DNA of 64,000 nucleotides from Francisella tularensis subsp. holarctica (GTDB lineage Bacteria; Pseudomonadota; Gammaproteobacteria; Francisellales; CACEW01): NCBI GenBank assembly GCA_945879065.1, contig CAMCUU010000004.1, positions 73 to 64,072 of the forward strand, read 5' to 3'. Shown piece by piece: positions 32,974 to 40,714 of this stretch (position 1 is its first letter; each line of letters starts with the position of its first letter). The notes under the pieces were generated by a model. It saw only the letters and a program-made list of their open reading frames with translations, ran no database searches and was not told where the DNA came from. The position numbers and the translations under genes were made by a program.

Positions 32974-35971
32974 TGGTCTCTACAGTAATGTAGAGAGTGT
33001 ATTTGCTTGGATTGGCACGGCCCTTCGGCAAAATGCCCTGTCTTATATTGATTTAGAAGGCGCAGACAGCCGTCATACGTTAGTGACAAAAGACGGCTCT
33101 ATGATTTCTATTATTAAATTAGATGGGTATAAAAGATTCGTCGGTCCCAGTGAATTTAATTATTTATCAGAACGTCTGACGGAAGTTTTTCAGCCTGTTT
33201 TTTCGTCGACGGGTCATTTTTTGCAATTTTATTTTTCTTTCGATGATGTGGATATTAGGCGCTCTATTGAAAAATCTTTAGAACCCGCTCGGCAAACTGC
33301 AGAGCGATTTGGTTTAAAAATCGACGATATTTTCAGCTCTCGCGTCGACACGCTTTCTCAATATTGCTCAGACGAAGATTGTTTTATTGTCTTATGGACC
33401 ACGCCCTATGTGTTAGATAAGGCGCATCTAAGACAAGTGATTAAAGACGAGCGGGCAAAATTACAGGGTTATAAATTACCTAAAGTAAATTCCACGGATT
33501 TATTTGTGGTGATTCCAGAGATTCGAAATATCCATGAATCTTTTGTTAATACAGCACTAGAAGACATTCAGCATGCAGGGTTCTATGCCAATTTCTTGCC
33601 AGTCCATGAGGCCGTGTATGAAATTAGAAAAACTATTGATCCGACGTATACAGATCGAGAATGGCGGCCCTATTTAGCGGGAGATAAATTGCCCATTCGT
33701 TTTGAGCCCCATACTAAAGTGGATCTTTCCAATATTTTATGGCCGCCTTTAGATCAGCAGATTTTTCCTAGGGATGCTGAAAATTTAGATTTAAAAACTT
33801 GTCGGATTGGTGATTTAGTTTATGCGCCGGTATTTATAGAATTATTTCCAAAAGATATTAAGCCCTTCTATGAGCTGTTTAGGCGGATGTTAGCGTCGCA
33901 TATGCCCTGGAGAATTTCTTATTTAGTAGGTCCTGATGGAATTAAAATTTCTCAAAGTAAAAATACCTTGGCGCAATTTTTAACATTTTGTTCGTCTCAT
34001 AATCGAATGATTAATGAAACCCATAAGATGCTCCAGGCGCTACATGAAAGATCTGATAATCCCATTGTGACTTACACGGTCTGTCTGGCCACTTGGGCGC
34101 CGGTGGGTAAAGATGATTTATTAAAAGAGCGTGTTTCTAAGATGGTCAAGGTGGTTCAGAGCTGGGGTAGCTGTGAAGTGCGGCAGATTTCTGGAGACGT
34201 CTTTGGCTTAACTTTAAATTCTGCTTTAGGCGTGACTAATAAAGTCTATTGTTCAGCCTCAGCGGCGCCTCTAAGTGATGCCGTTTCGATGATGCCTTTT
34301 GTCAGGCCGGCTTCGCCTTGGAAAAGCGGGGCGATGTTATTCAGAACGCCCGATGGAAAATTATGGCCTTATCAGCCGGGTTCTTCGCATCAAATTAGCT
34401 GGATTGATATTGTCTATGCGCGCTCTGGGTCTGGAAAGTCGGTTTTAATTAATGCGCTGAATTTGGGTTTGTGTTTATCTGGCGGCTTAGCGGCTTTGCC
34501 TCGAATTTCTATTATTGACATTGGTCCGTCGAGTAAAGGTTTTATTTCTTTATTAAAAGAAGGCTTGCCAGAATCTTTGCGTCATCAGGTTTTATATTAC
34601 CGTTTAACCATGGAAGAAAAAGACTGTATTAATCCATTTGATACCCAGTTGGGTAATAGAAACCCTTCGAGAATTCATCGGTCTTTTTTAATTAATTTTA
34701 TTAGTTTATTACTGGTTGACGATATTGCTGATCGGCCTGTCGAGGGCATGACCAGTATGTTAACCATGATTGTCGATGAGACGTTTAAGCGTTTTGGAGA
34801 TAACGAACAACCGAAGCCTTTTGTGACCGGTTCTGAGCCTGAAGTAGATCAAAAATTAAAATTAATTAAGCATAATTTAGATCTGGAGCACTGCACCTGG
34901 TGGGAAGTGGCGGATATTTTATATGCCAATGGCGATAGTCATATGGCTCTGAAAGCCCAACGTCATGCTGTGCCCACTATTGCTGATACGATTTCGATTG
35001 CGCATACCCATTCGATTAAAGATTTATTTGCCGAAGTGAAAACCCCGACTGATGAAGACTATGTGAGTAGTTATTGCCGGATTATTTCTGGAGTCATTAG
35101 AAACTTCCCGACTTTAACTTCAGTGACTCGGTTAAATCTGGAAGACTCTCGCATTGTGGCTTTAGATTTAGATGAAGTCGCGAAGACAGGTAGCTCAGCG
35201 GCTGAAAAACAAACGGCTGTCATGTATATGCTCTCTCGGCATTTGGTCGCTCAGCATTTTTTCTTGCATATTGACGAAGTGAATAAATTTCCAGCGCTTT
35301 ATCAGCCGTTTCATACGGAAAGAATTAAAGAAATCATGGAAGAGCCTAAGAGAATAGTTTTTGACGAGTTTCACAGAACAGCCAAGAGCCCCGTAGTTCG
35401 GGATCAGGTTTTACAAGATATGCGGGAGGGTCGTAAGTGGAAAATTCATATTGCTTTGGCTTCCCAGTCTTTGAAAGATTTTGATGAATTAATGATTGAA
35501 TTTGCGACCTCTATTTTTATTCTAGACGCGGGATCCCAGCTCTCTATTGACCAGACTTGTAAGACTTTTGGTTTGTCCGATACCGAAAGATTGGCTTTGT
35601 CTACCAGGGTCCATGGGCCCAGCTCTTCGGGTGCGACTTTTATTGCACAGTTTGTGACAAAACAAGGTATGAATACGCAGTTATTAACCAGTACGGTCAG
35701 TCCTGTCGAACTCTGGGCGTTTAATACCACGACAGAAGATGTGTCTCTCAGAGAAGTGTTATATACAGAAATTGGGCCTGTGGCAGCGCGAAGATTCTTA
35801 GCCCAGCGCTTTCCTAAAGGCTCTGCGACTTCTGAAATTGACACAGAATTAAAAACAGATTCTGGCGCAACGCTCTCTGGGGTTGTAACTCGTATTGCCA
35901 AAGAAATTGCGGATGAATATCGCCGGAGTCTGCGTCAGCAGAGAGGGGATTTGGGCGAAGGGTATTTATAA
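32960..35971 (+). CDS. icmB: IcmB/DotO (TraU/VirB4-class) ATPase
   Basis: 1003 aa. Walker A 'ARSGSGKSVL'. 14-nt overlap with icmG. Confidence 0.88.
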   Translation: MSLIDGLYSNVESVFAWIGTALRQNALSYIDLEGADSRHTLVTKDGSMISIIKLDGYKRFVGPSEFNYLSERLTEVFQPVFSSTGHFLQFYFSFDDVDIRRSIEKSLEPARQTAERFGLKIDDIFSSRVDTLSQYCSDEDCFIVLWTTPYVLDKAHLRQVIKDERAKLQGYKLPKVNSTDLFVVIPEIRNIHESFVNTALEDIQHAGFYANFLPVHEAVYEIRKTIDPTYTDREWRPYLAGDKLPIRFEPHTKVDLSNILWPPLDQQIFPRDAENLDLKTCRIGDLVYAPVFIELFPKDIKPFYELFRRMLASHMPWRISYLVGPDGIKISQSKNTLAQFLTFCSSHNRMINETHKMLQALHERSDNPIVTYTVCLATWAPVGKDDLLKERVSKMVKVVQSWGSCEVRQISGDVFGLTLNSALGVTNKVYCSASAAPLSDAVSMMPFVRPASPWKSGAMLFRTPDGKLWPYQPGSSHQISWIDIVYARSGSGKSVLINALNLGLCLSGGLAALPRISIIDIGPSSKGFISLLKEGLPESLRHQVLYYRLTMEEKDCINPFDTQLGNRNPSRIHRSFLINFISLLLVDDIADRPVEGMTSMLTMIVDETFKRFGDNEQPKPFVTGSEPEVDQKLKLIKHNLDLEHCTWWEVADILYANGDSHMALKAQRHAVPTIADTISIAHTHSIKDLFAEVKTPTDEDYVSSYCRIISGVIRNFPTLTSVTRLNLEDSRIVALDLDEVAKTGSSAAEKQTAVMYMLSRHLVAQHFFLHIDEVNKFPALYQPFHTERIKEIMEEPKRIVFDEFHRTAKSPVVRDQVLQDMREGRKWKIHIALASQSLKDFDELMIEFATSIFILDAGSQLSIDQTCKTFGLSDTERLALSTRVHGPSSSGATFIAQFVTKQGMNTQLLTSTVSPVELWAFNTTTEDVSLREVLYTEIGPVAARRFLAQRFPKGSATSEIDTELKTDSGATLSGVVTRIAKEIADEYRRSLRQQRGDLGEGYL

Positions 35972-36000
35972 TTTTTTTTAAATTTTTTATTTTTTATTTT

Positions 36001-36051
36001 TTATTTATTTTTATTTTTTATTTATTTTTATTTTTTATTTATTTTTATTTT
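36001..36051. repeat. Perfect 17-bp AT-only tandem repeat (ttatttatttttatttt x3) between icmB and icmP
   Basis: Three identical units read directly. A degenerate copy precedes them at about 35985. Confidence 0.95.
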
Positions 36052-36069
36052 TTAGGGATTAAATAAACC

Positions 36070-37176
36070 ATGAGTGGTCAAAACCAAATGGGTTCCGGGG
36101 GCTATGGTGACGGCCAAGAGATGAATATTATTTATCTCGCTGTTGGGGTCATCGCGCTTTTTTTAATTTTTGGGTATGTGTTTTATGCCCAATTAGTCCA
36201 GGCGATTTTTTTTGTTAAATTTAACGAATTAAAATTTATTTCTTTCTTTGTTCGAAGTACGGATATTCAGGGTGTGATTAACTGGGGGAGTCAAATTCCC
36301 TATCAGAAAGTCAAAATTAATGATCTTGAAGGCTTATTTGAAGTTGTTGGGTTTTATTTGAAATACCCCTTAAGTTTAATCGGCCTGGGTTTGGGTATTT
36401 TCTTAATGCTTAGGCATCCCGATAAGGGCTATAACACGATTGAAACTATGGAAACTTTGCGTGGAAAAATGACGCCTGTCTACCCGGCTATTACGGTCGT
36501 TCAAGATCAAAAAGTAGATCAGCAATCTATAGAACAAGGCCCGTGGGCCATGGGTTTAACGCCCATTGAGTTTGCTAAGAAAAATAAATTACTGTATCGC
36601 GATGTGTCAGGCGCTATTAAAGTTGATGGTCTAAGAGCGAAAGCTGTTTTTGCAGGTCAACTAGGGCCCTTGTGGACTGGAATTAAAAATTTACCGCCGC
36701 ATCAAAAAGCCTTATTTGCAGTGCTGGCGACTTATGTCAATTACGAGCGAAAAACAGCGGATAAATTATTAGAACAAATGGCTGGTTCTGCGACTTTAAG
36801 TAATGTCAAAGCAGGGAAAGTTAATTATTCAGGCATTGATGAAGTATTAAAACGCTTTGGGACTAGTCCCTCGGTAAAACAAATTATTAGTCATCATGCG
36901 CACGTGTATACCATTTTTGCTGAGCTATTAACCACGGCAAGAAAAACAGGGATTGTCGCAAATTCTTTATATCTTTGGTTAAAGCCTCTAGACCGACCTC
37001 TCTGGTATGTTTTAAATAATGTCGGACGAAAAGCGGTGTTTACAGAAACAGCGGCGGTGCATGCCCATTGGTTAGCTGAAAGAGAGCTAGGTTACGCCAT
37101 TAAGACCCCCATGATTGACCCGGTGATTGCGGGGCTAGAAGAAGCGGTAGCTTCGAGAATTATTAAAGATATTTAA
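36070..37176 (+). CDS. icmP: IcmP/DotM (TrbA-like) coupling-complex membrane protein
   Basis: 368 aa. N-terminal TMs followed by a large cytoplasmic domain. Size and context fit. Sequence-level recognition is weak. Confidence 0.6.
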   Translation: MSGQNQMGSGGYGDGQEMNIIYLAVGVIALFLIFGYVFYAQLVQAIFFVKFNELKFISFFVRSTDIQGVINWGSQIPYQKVKINDLEGLFEVVGFYLKYPLSLIGLGLGIFLMLRHPDKGYNTIETMETLRGKMTPVYPAITVVQDQKVDQQSIEQGPWAMGLTPIEFAKKNKLLYRDVSGAIKVDGLRAKAVFAGQLGPLWTGIKNLPPHQKALFAVLATYVNYERKTADKLLEQMAGSATLSNVKAGKVNYSGIDEVLKRFGTSPSVKQIISHHAHVYTIFAELLTTARKTGIVANSLYLWLKPLDRPLWYVLNNVGRKAVFTETAAVHAHWLAERELGYAIKTPMIDPVIAGLEEAVASRIIKDI

Positions 37177-37213
37177 AGTTTTTTTATAAATTAAATACTG
37201 GCTGGACTGACTC

Positions 37214-37795
37214 ATGAAACTTGTATTGCAATCCATTGGAAATAACTGGGAAAAATTTAAGCAGCGTAAAAAATCGGCGGTGTTTGCTAAAGTCCGAGCC
37301 AATATTTTGGCGCGCGATAATTACACCTGTCAGTTTTGTCGATTTGAATCGCCTAGTTTAGAAATTATTAATCGAGACAATGACTACAGTCATAATCAAG
37401 AAAAAAACTTTGCGGCCGCTTGTTCTCTTTGTGCCAAATGTACTTTATTAGATTCTTATTCAATTGATTATGCAGGCGCCGATAAAATAATTTACTGCCC
37501 AGAGTTATCGCAAGAACAGCTGAATCAATTAACCAGATTATTAATGTGCCATACCTACGGCAAAGACAGTGATGAAATTTACAACGCCAAGATAACAATG
37601 GCTCAGCTACAAGATCGGGCTGTTTGGCTAGATGAAAAAGCGGGCTGTAAGCTCTCTCATCCGGCTTTATTTATTCACTATATGCACTCGCGTCAAAGCG
37701 ATAAGCAACTGGTCGGGCGCTTAAGATGGCTGCCCAGCCCCGTGGACTACGAAGAAGAAATTAAGCACTGGCAGAGTGTGATATTTGAAGCGTAA
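37214..37795 (+). CDS. icmJ: IcmJ/DotN zinc-binding coupling-complex protein
   Basis: 193 aa. Cys pairs 'CQFCRF' and 'CSLCAKC'. Confidence 0.7.
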   Translation: MKLVLQSIGNNWEKFKQRKKSAVFAKVRANILARDNYTCQFCRFESPSLEIINRDNDYSHNQEKNFAAACSLCAKCTLLDSYSIDYAGADKIIYCPELSQEQLNQLTRLLMCHTYGKDSDEIYNAKITMAQLQDRAVWLDEKAGCKLSHPALFIHYMHSRQSDKQLVGRLRWLPSPVDYEEEIKHWQSVIFEA

Positions 37796-38780
37796 TTTTT
37801 GATTTCTCATGGGGTATTTCCCGAGCCAATTTAGGAATTAGATACCCTGGCAATTCAGCTTGGATGGCTTTGATTAATTCCAGTGCTTCTTGTTCTGGAA
37901 GATCAAAATGAGCCGTCCCCTGGACTTTGTCTAAGACATGTAAGTAATAGGGTAAGACCCCCGATTTAAATAAAGTTTTATGTAAGTCTATTTGCTGCTC
38001 TTTCGTGTTATTTATATTTTTTAACAAAACAGCTTGATTTAAAAGAGTCATAAACGGCCTGAGTTTTTTCAGAGCCTGTTTTACTAAATCATCTATTTCT
38101 TGGGCTGAATTGGAGTGCAAAACTAGAATTAACTCGCCTTTAAAATTACTTAATATTTTTACTAATTCATCAGTGATTCGATCGGGTAATACCACTGGAA
38201 TTCGCGTATGAAATCGCAGTCTAGAAAGATGAGGAATTAAGTTTAATTCCTGAATTAAATAATTTAAAAAACTATCGCTATTAATCAGCGGATCTCCGCC
38301 GCTTAAAATTACTTCTTCAATAGAGCTATCTTGTTTTAAATAATTTAAGATTTTTTCCAGACCTGCTTTTCCAGGTCTGTTTTGGTCGTAGGGAAAATGC
38401 CGTCTAAAACAATATCTGCAGTGAATCGCACAGGTTCCGTGAAGCATGACTAAAACCCGACCGTGATATTTATGTAATAGGCCCGGCAGGGGATTAAATT
38501 CAGATTCAGACAAAGCGTCTTTCTCATAACCTAAAGTTTCTAATTGTTCTTCAGGTTGGGCCAATACTTGAAGTAAGAGGGGGTCTTTGGGATTTTTTTT
38601 AGTGATTCTCTGGGCATAGGCCAGGGGGACTTTAATTTTAAATTGCAGAGCGGCTTCTTCGCTGAGATTTTTATTTAAAAATAATTCTGGAAAATCTTGA
38701 GGGTTTAATTCGAGATAAGCATATAAATCATCCAGTGAATTAATGCTGTTCGCTAATTGTTCTTGCCAGGAGGGTTTCAT
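37761..38780 (-). CDS. epmB: EF-P beta-lysylation enzyme EpmB (lysine 2,3-aminomutase-like radical SAM)
   Basis: 'CAIHCRYCFRR' radical-SAM cluster. ATG 38780 is preferred over GTG 38804, which lies 8 nt from the -10-like element. The 3' end overlaps icmJ by 35 nt. Confidence 0.85.
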   Translation of the reverse strand: MKPSWQEQLANSINSLDDLYAYLELNPQDFPELFLNKNLSEEAALQFKIKVPLAYAQRITKKNPKDPLLLQVLAQPEEQLETLGYEKDALSESEFNPLPGLLHKYHGRVLVMLHGTCAIHCRYCFRRHFPYDQNRPGKAGLEKILNYLKQDSSIEEVILSGGDPLINSDSFLNYLIQELNLIPHLSRLRFHTRIPVVLPDRITDELVKILSNFKGELILVLHSNSAQEIDDLVKQALKKLRPFMTLLNQAVLLKNINNTKEQQIDLHKTLFKSGVLPYYLHVLDKVQGTAHFDLPEQEALELIKAIQAELPGYLIPKLAREIPHEKSKITLQISHSASA

Positions 38781-38804
38781 GAGGTGGGGGTTCTCTGTGG
38801 ACAC

Positions 38805-38818
38805 AGCCGCGCATCATA
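38805..38818 (-). promoter_or_regulatory. -10-like TATGAT + gcgcggct upstream of epmB
   Basis: Reverse complement reads 'cttTATGATgcgcggct'. Confidence 0.4.
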
Positions 38819-38870
38819 AAGAACTGGAATGCCGAGTGCTAGAGTTAAACCCCGTCCCAAGAATGAGGGG

Positions 38871-38895
38871 GTAGGGGCGAATCTTGTATTCGCCC
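38871..38895 (+). repeat. REP-like hairpin GTAGGGGCGAATcttgtATTCGCCC, copy a
   Basis: Identical 25-mer also at 48345-48369. Near-identical at 51071-51096. Confidence 0.9.
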
Positions 38896-38951
38896 TTGTG
38901 CGATTGGCTAGACCGTTTTTCTGAAAAACAAGGCTGGCAGAAAATATTTTC

Positions 38952-39806
38952 TTACATCACAGCACAAGATCTTCCTGAAGGTTTGTCTTCATGGATGGCT
39001 CTTGGTGTTTTTTTTAAAACTAAGTCTGGCGGTGTTCTTAAAGCGTCTAATAAGCTGGTAATGGTTGCTGGATAAACCGCAGGATAAGTCGCGCAAAATG
39101 CTCGAGCCTCCAGGGCTTTTTTAAACACGGGGGTCAGCTCTTCTAAATTTAAAAGAGAACCAATCGAAGCACTGGTTTTTAGCTGGATTTTTCCTGCAGG
39201 GAGCGTCTTCGAAGAGGTTTCGTAATTCACCGCATAGTGTTGATAGAGCAAGTCAGGCGCGCTTCGTAACGTGCTTTCTAAAGTGCTTAAAAAATCAGTC
39301 GGTCCAAAATGTAAAATTGCAAAAGCATTCTGGAAATAAGCTTTAGTAATATTAAAAAAACGCGCTTGTCCTGCGGTATCCCAAATCTGAAAAGTGTCTT
39401 GATAAACTACAAAATCAATCCCAATGGTTTTGATAAAGGAAGTTCGAAAATAATCATTTATTTTTTGAATAGTTGGGATGAAGGTTTTTTTATGTTCAGT
39501 GCCTCCCAAGAGTATGATTTTTTGTTTAGGGAGGGGTCTTTTTTTTCTATGACCCGCACTTGGGGCGTCTTCTGGTTTTCCCCCCTCACTGCTGGAGACT
39601 GCTGGACTAGGGTCATAAAAAAAAGTCACGGCATAGGGGAGGGCCGGCGGTGCTTTTGATGAACTGGTTCCAGAGCCAGCTCCAGTGCCTGCTCCAGCTC
39701 CAGCCATGGGTTCAGGAGAAGCTTCTACAGTGAGGATTTTAGGTTTTGGAAGTTTTGTAAATTCTCTAAGTTCTATTTCTACTGGTTTTGATTCTGTACC
39801 TGACAT
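38952..39806 (-). CDS. Rab/Ras-like small-GTPase-fold protein with degenerate nucleotide motifs and a C-terminal CaaX box (candidate effector)
   Basis: 'TIGIDF', 'IWDTAGQARF' (G3/switch II), degenerate P-loop 'GGTEHKKT', no NKxD. Ends 'CAVM' then stop. Confidence 0.7.
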   Translation of the reverse strand: MSGTESKPVEIELREFTKLPKPKILTVEASPEPMAGAGAGTGAGSGTSSSKAPPALPYAVTFFYDPSPAVSSSEGGKPEDAPSAGHRKKRPLPKQKIILLGGTEHKKTFIPTIQKINDYFRTSFIKTIGIDFVVYQDTFQIWDTAGQARFFNITKAYFQNAFAILHFGPTDFLSTLESTLRSAPDLLYQHYAVNYETSSKTLPAGKIQLKTSASIGSLLNLEELTPVFKKALEARAFCATYPAVYPATITSLLDALRTPPDLVLKKTPRAIHEDKPSGRSCAVM

Positions 39807-39932
39807 GCTTTTTCCTGGAATTGATGAATTTGAATAAACGCATTAGCTCAGAAATTTTGCTGTGAAAGAAGGCTTAAAAATATAAAAAATTTTTTCTAAA
39901 AAATAGATATTTGAATTAAGTTTTTAGGTGTG

Positions 39933-39946
39933 TAAAATCCGCCGCC
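39933..39946 (+). promoter_or_regulatory. -10-like TAAAAT + ccgccgcc, with TTGAAT 16 nt upstream
   Basis: Read directly. Upstream of the recombinase-like gene. Confidence 0.4.
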
Positions 39947-40007
39947 TTTGAGCTTGCGGGGGTTTTTTAACTCTCAAAACAATAATAATTCTAGAGGATA
40001 AGAGAAG

Positions 40008-40640
40008 ATGTTTTACGCCTATTGTTCAGCGGATCGTTTGGAAGAGCAGGATTTCCAGGGTGAGTTGAAAAATTATGCGAAAACACACGGCTTTCAATTA
40101 GATCAAGTGGTTCTAGACCCTCAAAATAATAAAATTCACTGGGGTAAAAGACAGCTGCATTCCATTATTGCTCATGCGAAAAAAAATGATCATCTGATGG
40201 TTTACGAAGCCTCTGATTTAGCCTGTTCGACGCTGCAAGTTTTAGAAGTTTTAGATTTGTTAAGTAGCCGTGGGATTACTTTGCATTTGGTTAAATATTC
40301 CCAAATTTTTTCCCCTGAAAAAGTCTACGACACGGAAAAATTCATTGCTTTATTTAAGTGTATTGAAGGCGAGTTTGTGACTAAGAGAACTACGGATGCA
40401 TTGGCTAGACGCCGTGCAGCCGGTTTGCCCTTGGGGCGTCCGCTGGGTCGTAAGAATAAATCCAGAAAATTGGATCAGTTCAGAGAAGAAATTAAAAAAT
40501 ATTTAGCCCTGGATATTAACAAAGCGTCGATTGCCAAATTAGTCGGTTGCCATGCGCAGACTTTATATAATTATCTGGAAGACACGCAGCTGGCTCAAGA
40601 AGTCGAGAATGAAAAAAATGGGCTGGAGTCCCAGGTTTAG
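40008..40640 (+). CDS. Serine-recombinase (resolvase/invertase)-fold protein with C-terminal HTH; catalytic residues apparently substituted
   Basis: Alignable by eye to gamma-delta resolvase: 'YAYCSADRLEEQ' vs 'YARVSTSQQ', 'EASDLACS' vs 'KLDRLGRD', 'GRPLGRKNK', HTH 'ASIAKLVGCHAQTLYNYL'. Confidence 0.55.
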   Translation: MFYAYCSADRLEEQDFQGELKNYAKTHGFQLDQVVLDPQNNKIHWGKRQLHSIIAHAKKNDHLMVYEASDLACSTLQVLEVLDLLSSRGITLHLVKYSQIFSPEKVYDTEKFIALFKCIEGEFVTKRTTDALARRRAAGLPLGRPLGRKNKSRKLDQFREEIKKYLALDINKASIAKLVGCHAQTLYNYLEDTQLAQEVENEKNGLESQV

Positions 40641-40651
40641 ATTGTCTTGTG

Positions 40652-40712
40652 TCGCCCCGGCGGAGGCCGGGGTCCAGATCTGGCGCTGGATACCGGCCTT
40701 CGCCGGTATGAC
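40652..40712. repeat. GC-rich double-hairpin element (CCCCGGCggagGCCGGGG and ATACCGGCcttcGCCGGTAT) between convergent genes; likely REP-type element or bidirectional terminator
   Basis: Two perfect 7-8 bp GC stems read directly. Generates the spurious 'WIPAFAGMT' ORF 40552-40845. Confidence 0.7.
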
Positions 40713-40714
40713 GA

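Noticed and set aside
17492-37795. Interpretation of the T4BSS cluster as a conjugative element or ICE
   Set aside because: No relaxase, oriT-like nick region, integrase, tRNA attachment site or flanking direct repeats are seen in the window. IcmS/IcmW adaptor genes point to effector translocation, and the flanks are core housekeeping genes. This cannot be fully excluded without the rest of the genome.
38884-39075. 63-aa ORF between epmB and the Rab-like gene
   Set aside because: It starts inside the REP-like hairpin and overlaps the 3' end of the Rab-like gene on the opposite strand. It has no RBS.
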